Positions 10,779-23,018 of a stretch of DNA of 46,761 nt are shown in pieces. The translations under genes and the position numbers were made by a program. This DNA is from Gonapodya sp. JEL0774 (Eukaryota): positions 1 through 46,761 of the forward strand of contig JADIIX010000155.1 in assembly GCA_027604505.1 (NCBI GenBank), given 5' to 3'. A model generated the notes under the pieces. It saw only the letters and a program-made list of their open reading frames with translations. It did not search any database and had not been told where the DNA came from. Numbering within the stretch: the first letter of the stretch is position 1; every line of letters begins with the position of its first letter.

Positions 10779-13233
10779 ATGGTGAGCTGAGCGCTTGGAT
10801 CACTCATGCCTTGGTAATGACTCACAATTTGTGCGTGTGATTCGCATCGCCGGATGGTGCTTCTCCCCATCGGTAACTCGTGTCAACACAGGCGTTCTTT
10901 TCTGAGGGAGTCATGTCCCGCCGGGGGCCTTTAGCGCGAATCTGGCTTGCTGCTCACTGGGAAAAGAAGCTCACGAAACCACAGGTCATACAAACCAGCA
11001 TCGAAACTGCTGCAGGTGGGCGATGGGCTCCATTCCAACCAACAGAATCATTGATTCGACAAGTGATTCTGACGTTCTGCTCTACAACAGACGCTATAAC
11101 CGATACCAATGAGCCTCTGACGTTGCGACACTCGGGGCAACTGTTGCTGGGTGTTGTAAAAATATACTCGAAAAAGGCTGTTTACCTCTTGAACGACTGC
11201 ACGGAAGCGATTGCGAAGCTCAAATCAGTGAGTCATCCTCACGTCGTGGGATCCTTTTCCAGCTTACTTGGACCTTCATAATTGATTCAATGAAACCATT
11301 GTAGGCCTTTAAACCCGGTGCCGTGGACCTTCCCGACGACCATGCAGTGTCAGCATTGAATCAAATCACTCTCCAAGCTGGTCCAACTTTGACGGCGGCA
11401 GATATGAGGCTTGGTGAACCCGGATTTATTCCCACTGATGCTTGGGGGAGTCGGCCATCTCAGTCACAAGACCAGCGGTCAATGGCCACCCCAGGGTCCC
11501 AAGAAGGAGCCTCTTCGTCGCAACGGAGGGGTGGAAAAATCTCCATAATCGACCAATTTCAACCTACTCACGACATCGGAATCGATGAAGGGTTTGACCC
11601 ACTTGCTCTCGGAGGTGACGACGATTTGTTTTTGGAAGGCGAGAGAAAACGACCAAGCAAGAAGAAGAAGGTCGACAGCGACGCTTTAGTTGGGACACCG
11701 GAAGAGCCCGAATTGGGGCGGAATGCCTCACTGCGAAGAGAAGACCCTGTATCACCAATGGCGAGACTTGGTGGGAAGCAAGATGACAGCATGGAGATCG
11801 ATGGCGGGGATGACAGGGTCAACTTTAGTTTTCTGGATGACACTAGGGACCAAGGAGCTGAGTGGAATGGAGGAATGGACGTGGAAATGGACATGCGGTA
11901 TGATTTTGTTGTGTTTCTCCTCGCAATGGGGCCCTTTGCTCACGTTCAATTGCAGACCTGACGACGAGTACTTGAGGGGTTTGTTTTCCTTTGTTAGTTC
12001 TCGCGCACGTGATAGCTATCAAATCTACGTGCTTATTTACACTAGGGGAGGGAGACACCAGTGGTCTTCTGTTCGATTTGCCCAACCTCAGTGAGACCCG
12101 AAAGAAAGCTCCAGCTCAACAAGGGCAACGAAAGCGGAAGCTTGTCGTGGACGATGTCACAGAACTCAAGTCTGCGGTGATACACGCACAGCTTAAAGAC
12201 ACGAGCGACATCCTTCAAAGGGTTCGTTCACTTTAATGTGCCATGTCAGTCCGCAGGAAGAACCCATAAACGCCTTTTTTTACTATCCCTACAGGAACTT
12301 TATGCTCCTGCTTCAGATCGTTGGCTTCATCTTCCCGAACGTCCCTCCCCGCACTATTACCTGACGCACCCTGCCGAGGACCGTATGCCACCCGAACTTC
12401 TTGCGCTATTCTCCCGAGATCTTAAGGCGAAAATGGCACAAAAACAAAAAGAAACGCAACAGCAGAAGCCTCTGGTCAAAGGGGTGTCGACCCCTGGGAA
12501 GGGTGCTGAGGACTTCGAGGCGAACAAAGAGAACCTTCGTGAGTGATGGATTATTTTACAATTTTTTTTTTTTTTTTGAAAGTTGGGTGCTCATTTACTT
12601 ATCAGAACCGGGAGCGGAGGTAACGTTCGACATGGACTTTGGCGGACTGGACATGGGTCAACCGCTGGAGGATGAACCAAGAGCGCACGCTGACTTGGCA
12701 AAGGTATGGGCAGTTTATTTGCTCGGATCGAGTAGAACCCGGTCGCTGATAGCGTTTGTTCAATTAGTCTCCTGGTGAGGTGTCCACAAAGGTAACTGTA
12801 GAAAGTCGTGAGTGATCGCCGTGTTTTGTCGTTGTGAGCAGTTTTAGTGACGGATACATTGTTGCCTCAGCGTACGAATTCGATGAGTCCGAGGCCCGCA
12901 CTCAGGAAGGTGATGGCAAGGGTATCAGCAAGAACGCACAGAAAGTAATAAAAATCTTCAAGTCCAAACTCGAAGATGTCAAGAGTCCTCCCTTGAGCTT
13001 CAAAGCTATGACCAAGACAGTAAGTTCCGGTGTCTTCAGAGGGTGGTTTCCGACTGCAATGGTGATCACGATTACGCAATCGCTATGTTCAGTCACAGAG
13101 AGCAGACATTGCCACCATGTTCCACGAAATTCTCGTGCTCAAAACGTACGACATCATCGACTGCAAGCAGAAGGACGCGTTTGCGGATATCGAGATCAGC
13201 GCCCGACCCAAACTCTTCCAAGCAGTTGTGTAA
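10779..13233 (+). CDS. RAD21: Cohesin kleisin Rad21/Scc1/Mcd1
   Basis: N-terminal Rad21_Rec8_N motif (M)AFFSEGVMSRRGPLARIWLAAHWEKKLTK...LRHSGQLLLGVVKIYSKKAVYLLNDC, central RKRKLVVDDVTEL, and C-terminal winged helix RADIATMFHEILVLKTYDIIDCKQKDAFADIEISARPKL..* (TAA 13231-13233). The start is an ATG-only exon at 10779 (alternative ~10855). Confidence 0.95.
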
Positions 13234-13505
13234 ACTGGGAACACGCGACAAAAGTCGAAGTTTCGTGAAAGTTTTTATTCGTTATATTTTTTTTGCGTGC
13301 CTTGACGGGGCGGATCGTTCTGCTTTCATCGGTCATTGCATGTCAAGTTATGACACGAGCACGAGGGATTATGATGATCATGGGCACGTTTGGCCGTTAT
13401 ATAAATCTTTGTTTTTGGCGGATGATAATATGTAGCCATGTCTTGTATCGTCACCGTCACTCTTGCACAAGATTATGTGCGAGATCGTCCACTCTTCAGA
13501 TTCAT

Positions 13506-14753
13506 TCACCTCCATCCCATTGCACGTCCCCGAACCTCTGGAAACAGACCGGGGCCAGGTGCTCCAGCCCTTGCAATCCGGTCCGGGAGAGGCGGCAGAT
13601 GTGATGCGGGCAGACAAGGGTACTGTTTGAAGTTGAGCAGGTCCAAGGACATTGCGGTGGCTAGGCTGGATGCCGCCTTCGGTGGTGAAGTATTTGTGGG
13701 TGTACGTTGGGATCGTGCACCCTGGCGGCTCGCAGGTTCAGGGCAGGCTGGTGACTTTTCCCCTCGAGGGATCATGGGATGGAAGATGTCGTTCGAGAAT
13801 GTACGATTGCCAGAGACGGTGTCCAATGCAGAGTATCGCGCGCTCAGGCACGCGCCAGCATCTCCTCGTGCCGTTCGGTCCGCAGCCGCGGACCGCTGCA
13901 ACGGGTCTACAGAGTTTGGTGACGATGGACACCACGGCTGATTGCGGCGAGCAGATAAAGCGGATAAGCGTCTGTGCTCCTTGTCCGTAGTGGCCCAGCG
14001 GGGGCAGTAGTCGGGAGAGGTGTCTGTGTTTCGTTGAGTGCTGTGTTCGTGATTCTGCCACGACATGTCCGCACTCGACAGTTGTTGAAATGGAGACATA
14101 ACGTCATTCCCAGAAGAGAATGATTGCAGAGGGAAAACCAAGAAATTGTTAGGTTGCACTTGACCGTCACCCATACCGAAATGTCTTTCCAGAAAGCGAC
14201 GAAGTTTGTTGCTTGGACGATCGTAGCAGATGGCACGTGGATTGAGCTCTTCCCGACTCAGCGCGGTGGTGAAGAGGCAGCGTCCAAGACCTCGCCGTTG
14301 CTGATCTTCGCGTACGTAGAAATCGAGAACGGCAGGGAGAGTGCGCGGGAGGTAGGACCGAGTTACAAGGTCGAAGAGGAAGAGATGTTTGAGACCAAGC
14401 TTGAGGATCCCTACGACAACTTTTCTCTGTAGTGCTTGTGGAGCATGAGAAGAATTGGGGCGAGAAGCACTCGTCGCCTTGTTCATTGTCTGAATGTTCC
14501 GTTCCTTCGCACTTCCTGAGGCTCCTCTGAAATCGGGATCTATTGCAGGAGCACGGATCAAGTAGATCTTGTGATTAGACGAAATGAGTTTGACGAAAGA
14601 TGTTATCGGGGTGCGGAGTCCCTGTGCATGAGCAGATGCAATTCCGAGATCATCCACGAGTCGCGAGACGCTGGGAGAATGCGAGAAACGGAGAGGGGCA
14701 GCCCAGGGGTCAAGCACATATAATACCGAGTGAAAAGGTGTGGTGGCGTACAT
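13506..14753 (-). CDS. ATAT1: Alpha-tubulin N-acetyltransferase (ATAT1/MEC-17 family), apparently intronless, with a long disordered C-terminal tail
   Basis: Motifs LVDDLGIASAHAQGLRTPITS, VGILKLGLKHLFLFD, AVLDFYVREDQQRRGLGRCLF, YDRPSNKLRRFLERHF and QPNNFLVF. Start at ATG 14753 (MYATTPF) chosen from family N-terminal length; the frame is open to 14960. Confidence 0.92.
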   Translation of the reverse strand: MYATTPFHSVLYVLDPWAAPLRFSHSPSVSRLVDDLGIASAHAQGLRTPITSFVKLISSNHKIYLIRAPAIDPDFRGASGSAKERNIQTMNKATSASRPNSSHAPQALQRKVVVGILKLGLKHLFLFDLVTRSYLPRTLPAVLDFYVREDQQRRGLGRCLFTTALSREELNPRAICYDRPSNKLRRFLERHFGMGDGQVQPNNFLVFPLQSFSSGNDVMSPFQQLSSADMSWQNHEHSTQRNTDTSPDYCPRWATTDKEHRRLSALSARRNQPWCPSSPNSVDPLQRSAAADRTARGDAGACLSARYSALDTVSGNRTFSNDIFHPMIPRGEKSPACPEPASRQGARSQRTPTNTSPPKAASSLATAMSLDLLNFKQYPCLPASHLPPLPDRIARAGAPGPGLFPEVRGRAMGWR

Positions 14754-15339
14754 AGATTGAGGGGAAGATATTGTAGGGATACAGTAAGGTAGGGGGAAGT
14801 GGGGAATGGAGCGAGCAATGAACATACGCGTCCAAAGGGAAGTCTGGATCAGATGCGGAGTCACGCGATATGCAGGCAACGTCACTGTCGCGGAACAGAC
14901 TGCTGAGGCCACTCGACGGACGCATCGCTTTGGCTGTTGAGGATTTTTGACACCACACACACAAACACACGGGCTGTGGACGGCTGTGGTCGATCAACCG
15001 CTGGAGCCTGCTGAGCGCATCAACCGGGATCGATGCTGTGATGTGAACCAACAATTTATTTGAGACCTTTGATGGCCCAACCAAGTCATCTGTGCCTACG
15101 ATGCCACAATAGCCAGTAGACAGAGTCGCGCTAAAAGATTCAGCGCTAAGGATGTGAAGATGGCCCTGGTGCATATGTGGAACTATAGAGCGAGTAACTA
15201 TATAATTAGTCTGGTTCGTGCCAGACAGAGTTGGAGCTGGGTACCTGCTTTCCCCTGGTCTTGCACCATGCACGACCGCAGGAGGAGGCTGGAAACGCGG
15301 CGATCTTCGCAACAAACCTTTCAGCTTGTTCCACGAAAG

Positions 15340-18300
15340 ATGGGCCTTCTCCGACTTGAGGTTGAGAACTTCAAGTCCTACAAGGGTCGACAGATCATAG
15401 GACCTTTCCTGGATTGTGAGTTTTCAAGTGATCCGAGGCGATTGTGATTCCGGCACGATCTCATACAATGTCAACCTTTTCACATCCTGGTGGCCAAAAG
15501 TCACCTCCGTTATCGGACCAAATGGCTCTGGGTATGTACATGCTGCGGGATTCCGCTGGTTCATATCGTGTTTCCTGAAGATTGTTTCCAACGCTTGAAC
15601 TTTTGAACACGGACGTACTTCAATTCACTCAACTCGGGGGTTTCCGGAATTTAGAAAGTCGAATCTCATGGATGCAATCAGGTTCGGGTGTTTTGAACTC
15701 TTCTGACATCTGAATCCGAGAAAAATTCTGATTACCACATTGTCGATTCACCCTGTTCCCACCACCAACTCCGTAATTTGTGTCGCCAGCTTTGTGCTCG
15801 GAGTTAAATCCTCTCAACTTCGCTCCCACAAACTGAAGAACCTTATTTATCGTGACCGTGTTCCTGTGCGGAATCAAGAGAATGAAGAGGATGAGGAGGA
15901 AGATGTGGAAACGACAAAGGGAGGCAACCACGCGAAGAAGGGTGCAGTGCACGCATTCTACAGATCTTCTGACGGGGATGAAATCAAATTCTCGAGAATG
16001 TGAGTGTGAGTGAGCCCCATCATCCTCAGTAGATGTCACGTTGTCCGACTCGTGATCCATATCGGGCGAGGTTGATGGGGGAGGACTATTGAGGAATGAT
16101 CGTGTCTTTGAGAGTCTGGTCGACGTGGAGATACCCTTTGTACATCCGGAGACTGCCTGGAAGCAGGTCTCGTCGAGAACTGTGTGCTTTTTATTGGTCT
16201 GTTTCACGAACACGCATTCCCCCTTCTCCCTTTCCGGCACTGCAATACGTAGCATCACGTCTGCTGGATCGTCGGACTATCGGGTTGACGATAGGTCGGT
16301 TACCTACGCCCAGTACTCTCAACGGCTCGAAGAGGAGAACATTCTCGTCAAGGCTCGTAACTTTCTGGTGTTCCAAGGGGACGTGGAGGCTGTCGCGAGT
16401 CAGAGCCCGAAAGATTTGACTGGGCTCATAGAGCAAATCAGCGGGTGCGGATGTGGTGGTGCGGATTCTCATGTCGTAATCATAACCATATGGCCTCTCA
16501 GGTCTATCGAATACAAGGAGGAATATGAACGCCTCAAGTTACTGCAGGAGGCAGCTGCGGAGAATTCAACCAGCAATTTGAACCGGAAGCGGACAGTTGC
16601 ACAAGAGATGAGGCAGTTTCGCGAGCAGAAGGAGGAAGCGGCACGGTTTGCGCAGAAGAAGGAGGAGCTCGTGAGTGGTGGCCATGGAATAATCTGACCC
16701 TGCTCAGAATCTTCTTTCATGATTTATTTGATGTTTATTCTTGCCTTTGTTCCATCAAGGATGACCTTGTTGTTCGTCATTTGGTCTGGAAAGTGTTCCA
16801 CATTGACTCGGATCGCGACAAGGCCGAAGCGGATGTGGAAAAGGAGAAGGAAAATAGAGACAATTTGGAGAAACGAAAGGTGAACTCTCATCTTTGAGCG
16901 TTGCGTGTTTCTTCGTCTGTTTTGACATACGCTTGGTTGGGTTACAACGAGACGGATGCGGAACACCGCTCCAAAGACGCCAGGAAGGACCACGCCTCGC
17001 AGCACGGTCTCATTGCCAAGAAGGAAAAGGAAATATCACGTCGGGAGAAGCAGCTTGCCGACCGGAAGCCAGATGCAGTCCGCTTAGAAGAGCAAATTCG
17101 CTTCACAAAGAAAAAGCTTCAGACCGCGGAAGACAATTTGAAGTCACAGAAGAGAGCATTGGAGAAGCAGGTAGTCTATCGACACCTGCTTTCGGTAGAA
17201 TTGTGTCAGTTACACCAACTGTTGTGGTTTGACAGGCTAGCGAACTCGAAGACTTCGAAATCCAGCTGGCGGAAGTAGCAAAATCTCAGAAGAGGTTTGA
17301 CGGTGAGCGTTTCGGGTGTCTTTCTCATCGGATACTGGAGAATTTACAACTGCGAATCAGACGAACAGAGGAAGAAGGCAGACAAGGGCGGCAAGAAACT
17401 CAACCAAAAGGACTTGGACGATTACAATAAGCTGTACGTATGCATTACGAGCGAGTCTTGCCGGCTGGTTCTACATTCAATTACTGTCGTTCCCAACGCA
17501 GCAAGGAGGATGTTACTCGCCAAACACTCGCCGATAAGGAGCAGTTCGACGAATTGCAGCGTCGTATCACGTCCTCCAGGCTTGGTCGCGAGCGCGTGGC
17601 ACGGAAAGTAGCGGACTTGGAGAGCCAGGAATCGCAACTGGAACAGGATCAGACGAGTTTGGCGGAGACGAAGGAAAAGGTCAGCGTGAAGGACCCTCTG
17701 GTTGCGTTCAGTCAACCTCTTTGAGCGCGCCTTTCTCTTCTGTTGCTTTGCAGCTTCAAGTCCAAATCAAAGAAGTCCAGACGGAACATGACGAGATCAA
17801 GAACAAGTTCGTTTCGTCACGACGGGAGGCAGAGCGACTTGAGTAAGCTCACCTGTTATTGGCACCGTCATGGAGATCAGCAGTTATTTTTTGCTTTTTT
17901 GGTAGGTCGCAACTGCGAAACAATCGTGAGAAGCTCGGAGAGCTCACCAGCAGGATGGAGTCCGCGCGCCAGAATCGGAGGGAGACTGAGAAGCAACAAA
18001 AGGCCAGGGACGCGCTGCGAACTCTCAAAGACATTTTTCCAGGTCTGTTTGACGTGTATGTGACACATTCTCTTGTTATTGGTGTCGATCGATTTCCGAC
18101 TCAGGGGTCCATGGTCGAGTAATCGATTTGTGCCGCCCCACAAAGCGAGAGTGGGAGATCGCAGTTGGAATCATTCTTGGGCGTAACGCGGAATCCATTG
18201 TTGTGGACACACAAAAAACTGCAATTGACTGTATACAGTACCTCAAAGACCAGCAGCTTGGTCAGTTCACGTTTTTACCTCTCGATTCAATTTTGGTCAA

Positions 18301-21049
18301 GACGATTGATGAGAAGTACCGGTCAGTCCCAGAGATATTCGTGCTTGTGAATTCGAATAAACGGCTTTCATTTTTGTTCGAATCATCAGAAATTTCGCCC
18401 GAGGGGCCCGCCTTGCAATCGATTGCATTCAGTTTGAGTCGCAGTTTGAGAGGGCAATGATTTACTCTTGTGGGGACGCAATGGTTGCCGACGATCTCAA
18501 AATTGCGCGGTTCATCTGCTATGAGAAACGTCAAGAAGTCAAAGGTTTGTATTCAAGAAGTCCACCCATGCTTGTTATGGTTATCAATCAATTTTGTCAC
18601 CGCAGCGGTGACCCTTGATGGGACTTTGATCAACAAGAATGGTAACATCACCGGCGGTGGTAGTGCTTCGGCGTCAAAAGACTCTGCGAGATGGGAGGAT
18701 AAGGAGGTTGAAGGTTAGTCGTCAAATGATTGCGCACTTGATCGTTTGGTCTATTGAATTCATATATTCAAGGATGGACCGCTGCGATTGAGAATCTTGC
18801 CGAATCCATTAAGGAAGAAGAAACTCAGCTGAAGAAGTACAGTCATGAAGATCACAGTAGCATCAGAATCGCTGATCTCGATACGAGGCTCCAATCCCTC
18901 AAGGACGAGTTGGTGAGTTTGCCTCTTGCCCGACTACTAGCTTCTGGGAACTCACCTCGTGTCTGATGCGTTCCCCCAGAACACCACCACACGGAAGCTC
19001 AACAGTGCTGCACAAGAGATTAAACATATACAATCAGATCTTAAAACAGAGAGGCCGGAATTGGAGAAAGTAAGGAGCACATCTCATCACCTTCCAGCCC
19101 CTATTTTGTGATAAATGCTCTTCCCAAAGGCGGAGAAAGAACTTTCAGACATTGAGAAGAAGCTCGAAGCTTGTCAGAAGCGAATCAACAATGTGGAAGA
19201 CAAAGTGTTTACTACTTTCTGCAAACGTATTGGAGTTGACAACATTCGGGAATACGAGGAGGGTCAAGGCAAAGCAATTCAAGAACGAAACAAAATGCGA
19301 ATGGAGTTCGCGACTCAGATCGCCCGTCTCTCCAAGGAACTGGAGCGTGCCCGTGAGGCTCTTGAAGCCACCAAGTCCACAGTTGCACGGACTGAAGGTG
19401 TAATCAAGACTGAAACTGCAACTTTGGACAAGTTGACAAAGGAAAAGCTGGAGAAAGACAAGGAAACTGTCGCTTTAGAGAAAGAGATCACAAAGCTCAG
19501 AGACGAACTTCAGAAGCTTCAAAGGGAGATGGACAAAAAGACAGATATCCTCAACTCGTTCAAAAAAGACATTACAACCATTCAGAAGCAGATTGATGCG
19601 ATAGATAAGAAACTAGCTGACCTGGTGTGTTCTGCGTTTGGAGTGTCAATCCGTCCGGAGTCACTTCGGAGTGTTACATGGACTTCGCATTCCAGGAATC
19701 ATCTATCGACAGGCACAACAACTCTCGATTCACTATTCTCCAGCGTTGCAAATTGGAAGGAATCAAGATTCCAATTTTAGATGGATCTCTGGACAGTATC
19801 GCGTTGGATCACAGCCATGTGGGTTGAAATGCATTCGAGGATGCGATCGGAGATTCTTCTTACACCATTGCATGAAAAAGCGAGATCAAGACAAAATGGA
19901 GGTTGATGGAGAGCTGCCTGATATGCCCGCTGGTCATGACCTTAAAGTCGACTATTCTTTGCTGACTAATCGGGAAAAGAAGGCAAGACGAACAACTCTT
20001 GCGCAACTTCTGTCCATTGAAATTCCTGACTTGCGCCGTTGACAGGATAACTCGGATGATAGGGATTCTGACTTTGCAGAGCGTGTTAAATCTCTGCAAT
20101 CCGAGCTGGAGAAGATGGCACCCAACGTGAAAGCAGTTGAACGGTGAGGCCAGAAGTGAAGGGAGTTTAATCGTGTCTCAATGTACATCTCTATCTAGGC
20201 TTGGTGATGTTGAGACCAAGTTGAAGGCAACTGCCGACAAGTTTGAGGCGGCACGAAGAGAGGCACACGATGCCAAGACTAGATACAACGAGATTCGTAC
20301 AAAGAGGTTCGTTCACCATTGCGAATGTGACGTGTTACTCCCCACAAACGAACATCTCCGCTTGTCACAGATATGAAACGTTCATGGACGCTTATAACCA
20401 AATATACACGAATATTGATAAGGTGTACAAGGAACTCACGAAGACGAGGGCTTTTCCAACTGGAGGTTCTGCTTACCTCAGTCTGGAAGACAGTGACGTG
20501 AGCCTTCACTGGTGCAGCCGGAACTACTATATGCTTTGTTTGAGAGTTCTATTTTCACAGGAACCTTACAATGCCGGTGTCAAATACCACGCAATGCCTC
20601 CCAGCAAACGTTTTCGCGAAATGGAGCAGCTCAGTGGAGGTATGAGTGGGGTGGCAGGCTTTTGCGCGCTCAGATAGCACTGATATTGAACGCGTTCAGG
20701 AGAGAAATCAGTTGCAGCACTTGGCCTTCTTCTCGCGATCCGCAGGTTGGACTGTCCTTTTACTCTTTGCTCTTTCAGTCGTAATTAACATGTTGTGCCC
20801 ACGCTTAGCTATCGTCCTGCGCCATTTTTCGTGTTGGATGAAGTTGACGCTGCACTCGATAACAATAACGTCAACTCTGTGGCCTCATACATTCGCAAGC
20901 ACGCAAGTGATGACTTTCAATTTATTGTAATCTCACACAAGAGCACCATGTACCAAAGGGCCGCCTCACTTGTTGGGGTATATCGTGATCAGGAGTTGAA
21001 CAGCAGCAGGATCCTTACATGCAGATTGGATGAAGAGGAGGTGGATTAG
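15340..21049 (+). CDS. SMC1: Cohesin subunit SMC1 (about 27 exons)
   Basis: MGLLRLEVENFKSYKG, Walker A GPNGSGKSNLMDAISFVLG, Q-loop ILVKARNFLVFQGDVEAVASQSPKDLT, hinge FPGVHGRVIDLCRPT...AVTLDGTLINKNGNITGG, signature AMPPSKRFREMEQLSGGEKSVAAL, Walker B PAPFFVLDEVDAALDN; stop TAG 21047-21049. Confidence 0.98.
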
Positions 21050-21145
21050 CGATTCAGGTGACATTAACACGAGTTCTGAAATTCATGACATGGTGGATGT
21101 ACATAGTTAAAGATAATGTGAATTTTAGTGGTCCAACTTGTCTGA

Positions 21146-22931
21146 TTAAAGCAGAATCTGATACTTGAGGAATGAAGGAACGAGATTGATCACCACCCGA
21201 CCATCATAAGAAAGACTGGCGAAGATCCATGGATCAGCTGGGCTCCACGCCACTGAGTACACACTCTCTTCATGTTGATCGTAAGTGGTGACAAGTGCAT
21301 CGCCGAGTTTGCTGGAACGGTGAGGAACTCACGGTCAGACCACGGAACGACTCGAAAACTGCTCCCATCTTAGAAACCTGTAATACCTACTTTGTCCTCT
21401 TCACTGCTTCTCTATCCGATTTCTCTTCCGGATCCTCGTCCTTTGCAACTTTACTTTCCCCATTCGTATTCTCTCCTCCCGCCTCATCTGCCTCATCCTC
21501 CGACGATTCTTCGCTATCACCGAATGGCGCAGAGGATATCGATACCACATTATGCAGGTTTACTTGACAGTCCGAAGACGAGGTGAGTAAAAGTTGGTCG
21601 TGCGATTTATTGAACGCGACGGACCAGATCCTGTGTATAAAAGAAAGGAGCGACGATGATATTACAAAGCGATTACGTCTGACAACGTGATTCAAAACCC
21701 CACCAGTGAGAGTGTCCCCCGACCTCTTTAACCGGATGCTCGATGTGTCTCACATCCCAGAAACGAACAGCGCGATCGTCCCCTGCAGTCACAATAATGT
21801 GAGGTCGATTGGGATTGCAGTCGAGTGAGCGAACAGTGCTGCAGTGGGCTTCAGGAATGTGGAAAGTTTGACTACAGCGACTCTACTGAGTATGTTGTAA
21901 CAGGACATTTGGAAAAGACAGATGCCACTTACATTCCGGAACGGATGTCCCATCCTGAAACTTCTATCCCGCATGCAGAAAAAACCTGCTCTGCTGAGTG
22001 TGGGTTCCATACGCCGGCATTCAGTTGTGAAGGAATGTCCGGTAAGGGATGTGGATCGGCGTCGATTGTCCGAACAAGTTGTGCGGTCGAAGACCCGACG
22101 TCTGTCTTCCAGATATGAAGGTTGCGTTCCTCTAAGGTCACAACAGTATCGGTTTTGGGTGAGCTCGGATCGCAGAGGATCCTGAAAAGGTCAAACAAGA
22201 AGTGATTGACGTCTTGAAGGTAAACTCTCGGATATCAACGAGCACCGCAGTCAAATCCCACGTACCCCCCAATATGAGTGGGCTTTTGAGGGCGTGAGTC
22301 AAAGCGCACTACTTCTTCAAGTTCGAGGTTGGCTCTGTGGCGAAATTTGCTCTGCTCATCAATTTCTGTTGTCGGCATTCGCCAGAGGGCCGATGTCATG
22401 GAGACAACACTGTCGTCAGCTTTAAGTTTTTCGAGACAGAATTGAGAATGAAACATGTAAACATGTGTATTGCGAATGACCTTTGCGCCCACTCACTGTT
22501 GGTGAACGCCGTGAAGAGCATATCGACTCGCGAGGGAGAAGGAGTGATCGCCCAGATATCACGCGGGTGTCTAAACACAAGACTAGATATCTCAAAGTCA
22601 TCCTCTTCAAAATCAAGAAGATGTATCTGTTAGCGGATGGTTGAGGCAGTCATAAGATCACCAAACAACGCAAGGAACTCATCAAACGAAAAGCAAACCT
22701 CGTTATCAGCTCTATCTGCTGTTCCCACAATGAATCGACTCCTCTCACCCTCGGCAGCAAGCGGCGCCAGACACCGGGCAGTGTGGTTCGGGATGCCGTG
22801 AACAGCGCTCTGCAATTTCAAGAGGCTTTTCAGTAGAGCTTAGTGGAGCATCAGTAAAGCATTTCACCAATTATTGAAGCGTTAGAATTGCATGTGTTGT
22901 GCGCAGCTTGGCGACCCACCTTTTCGGCCAT
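21146..22931 (-). CDS. EIPR1: EARP/GARP-interacting WD40 protein EIPR1 (TSSC1)
   Basis: [34 protein letters not shown]..., [33 protein letters not shown], and C-terminus [29 protein letters not shown], matching the TSSC1 family ending. Confidence 0.92.
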
Positions 22932-23018
22932 TCGGGTTGTCTTCAATTTATGTGCATACACATAATCTATGTATAGATCTCACATTTTCACATCATGTTT
23001 TCAGGGTACTATTGTTAG

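Noticed and set aside
12562..12577. T16 run as a retroposon tail
   Set aside because: It lies within a short RAD21 intron as a pyrimidine tract; no TSD or element body.
16015..16220. SMC1 intron hairpins as a definite H/ACA or C/D snoRNA
   Set aside because: No clear ANANNA hinge or C/D boxes found by eye; kept only as a structured-intron finding.
14710..16258. 201-aa and 209-aa minus-strand ORFs
   Set aside because: They overlap the ATAT1/SMC1 promoter and SMC1 exons in antisense, and show no protein-family features.
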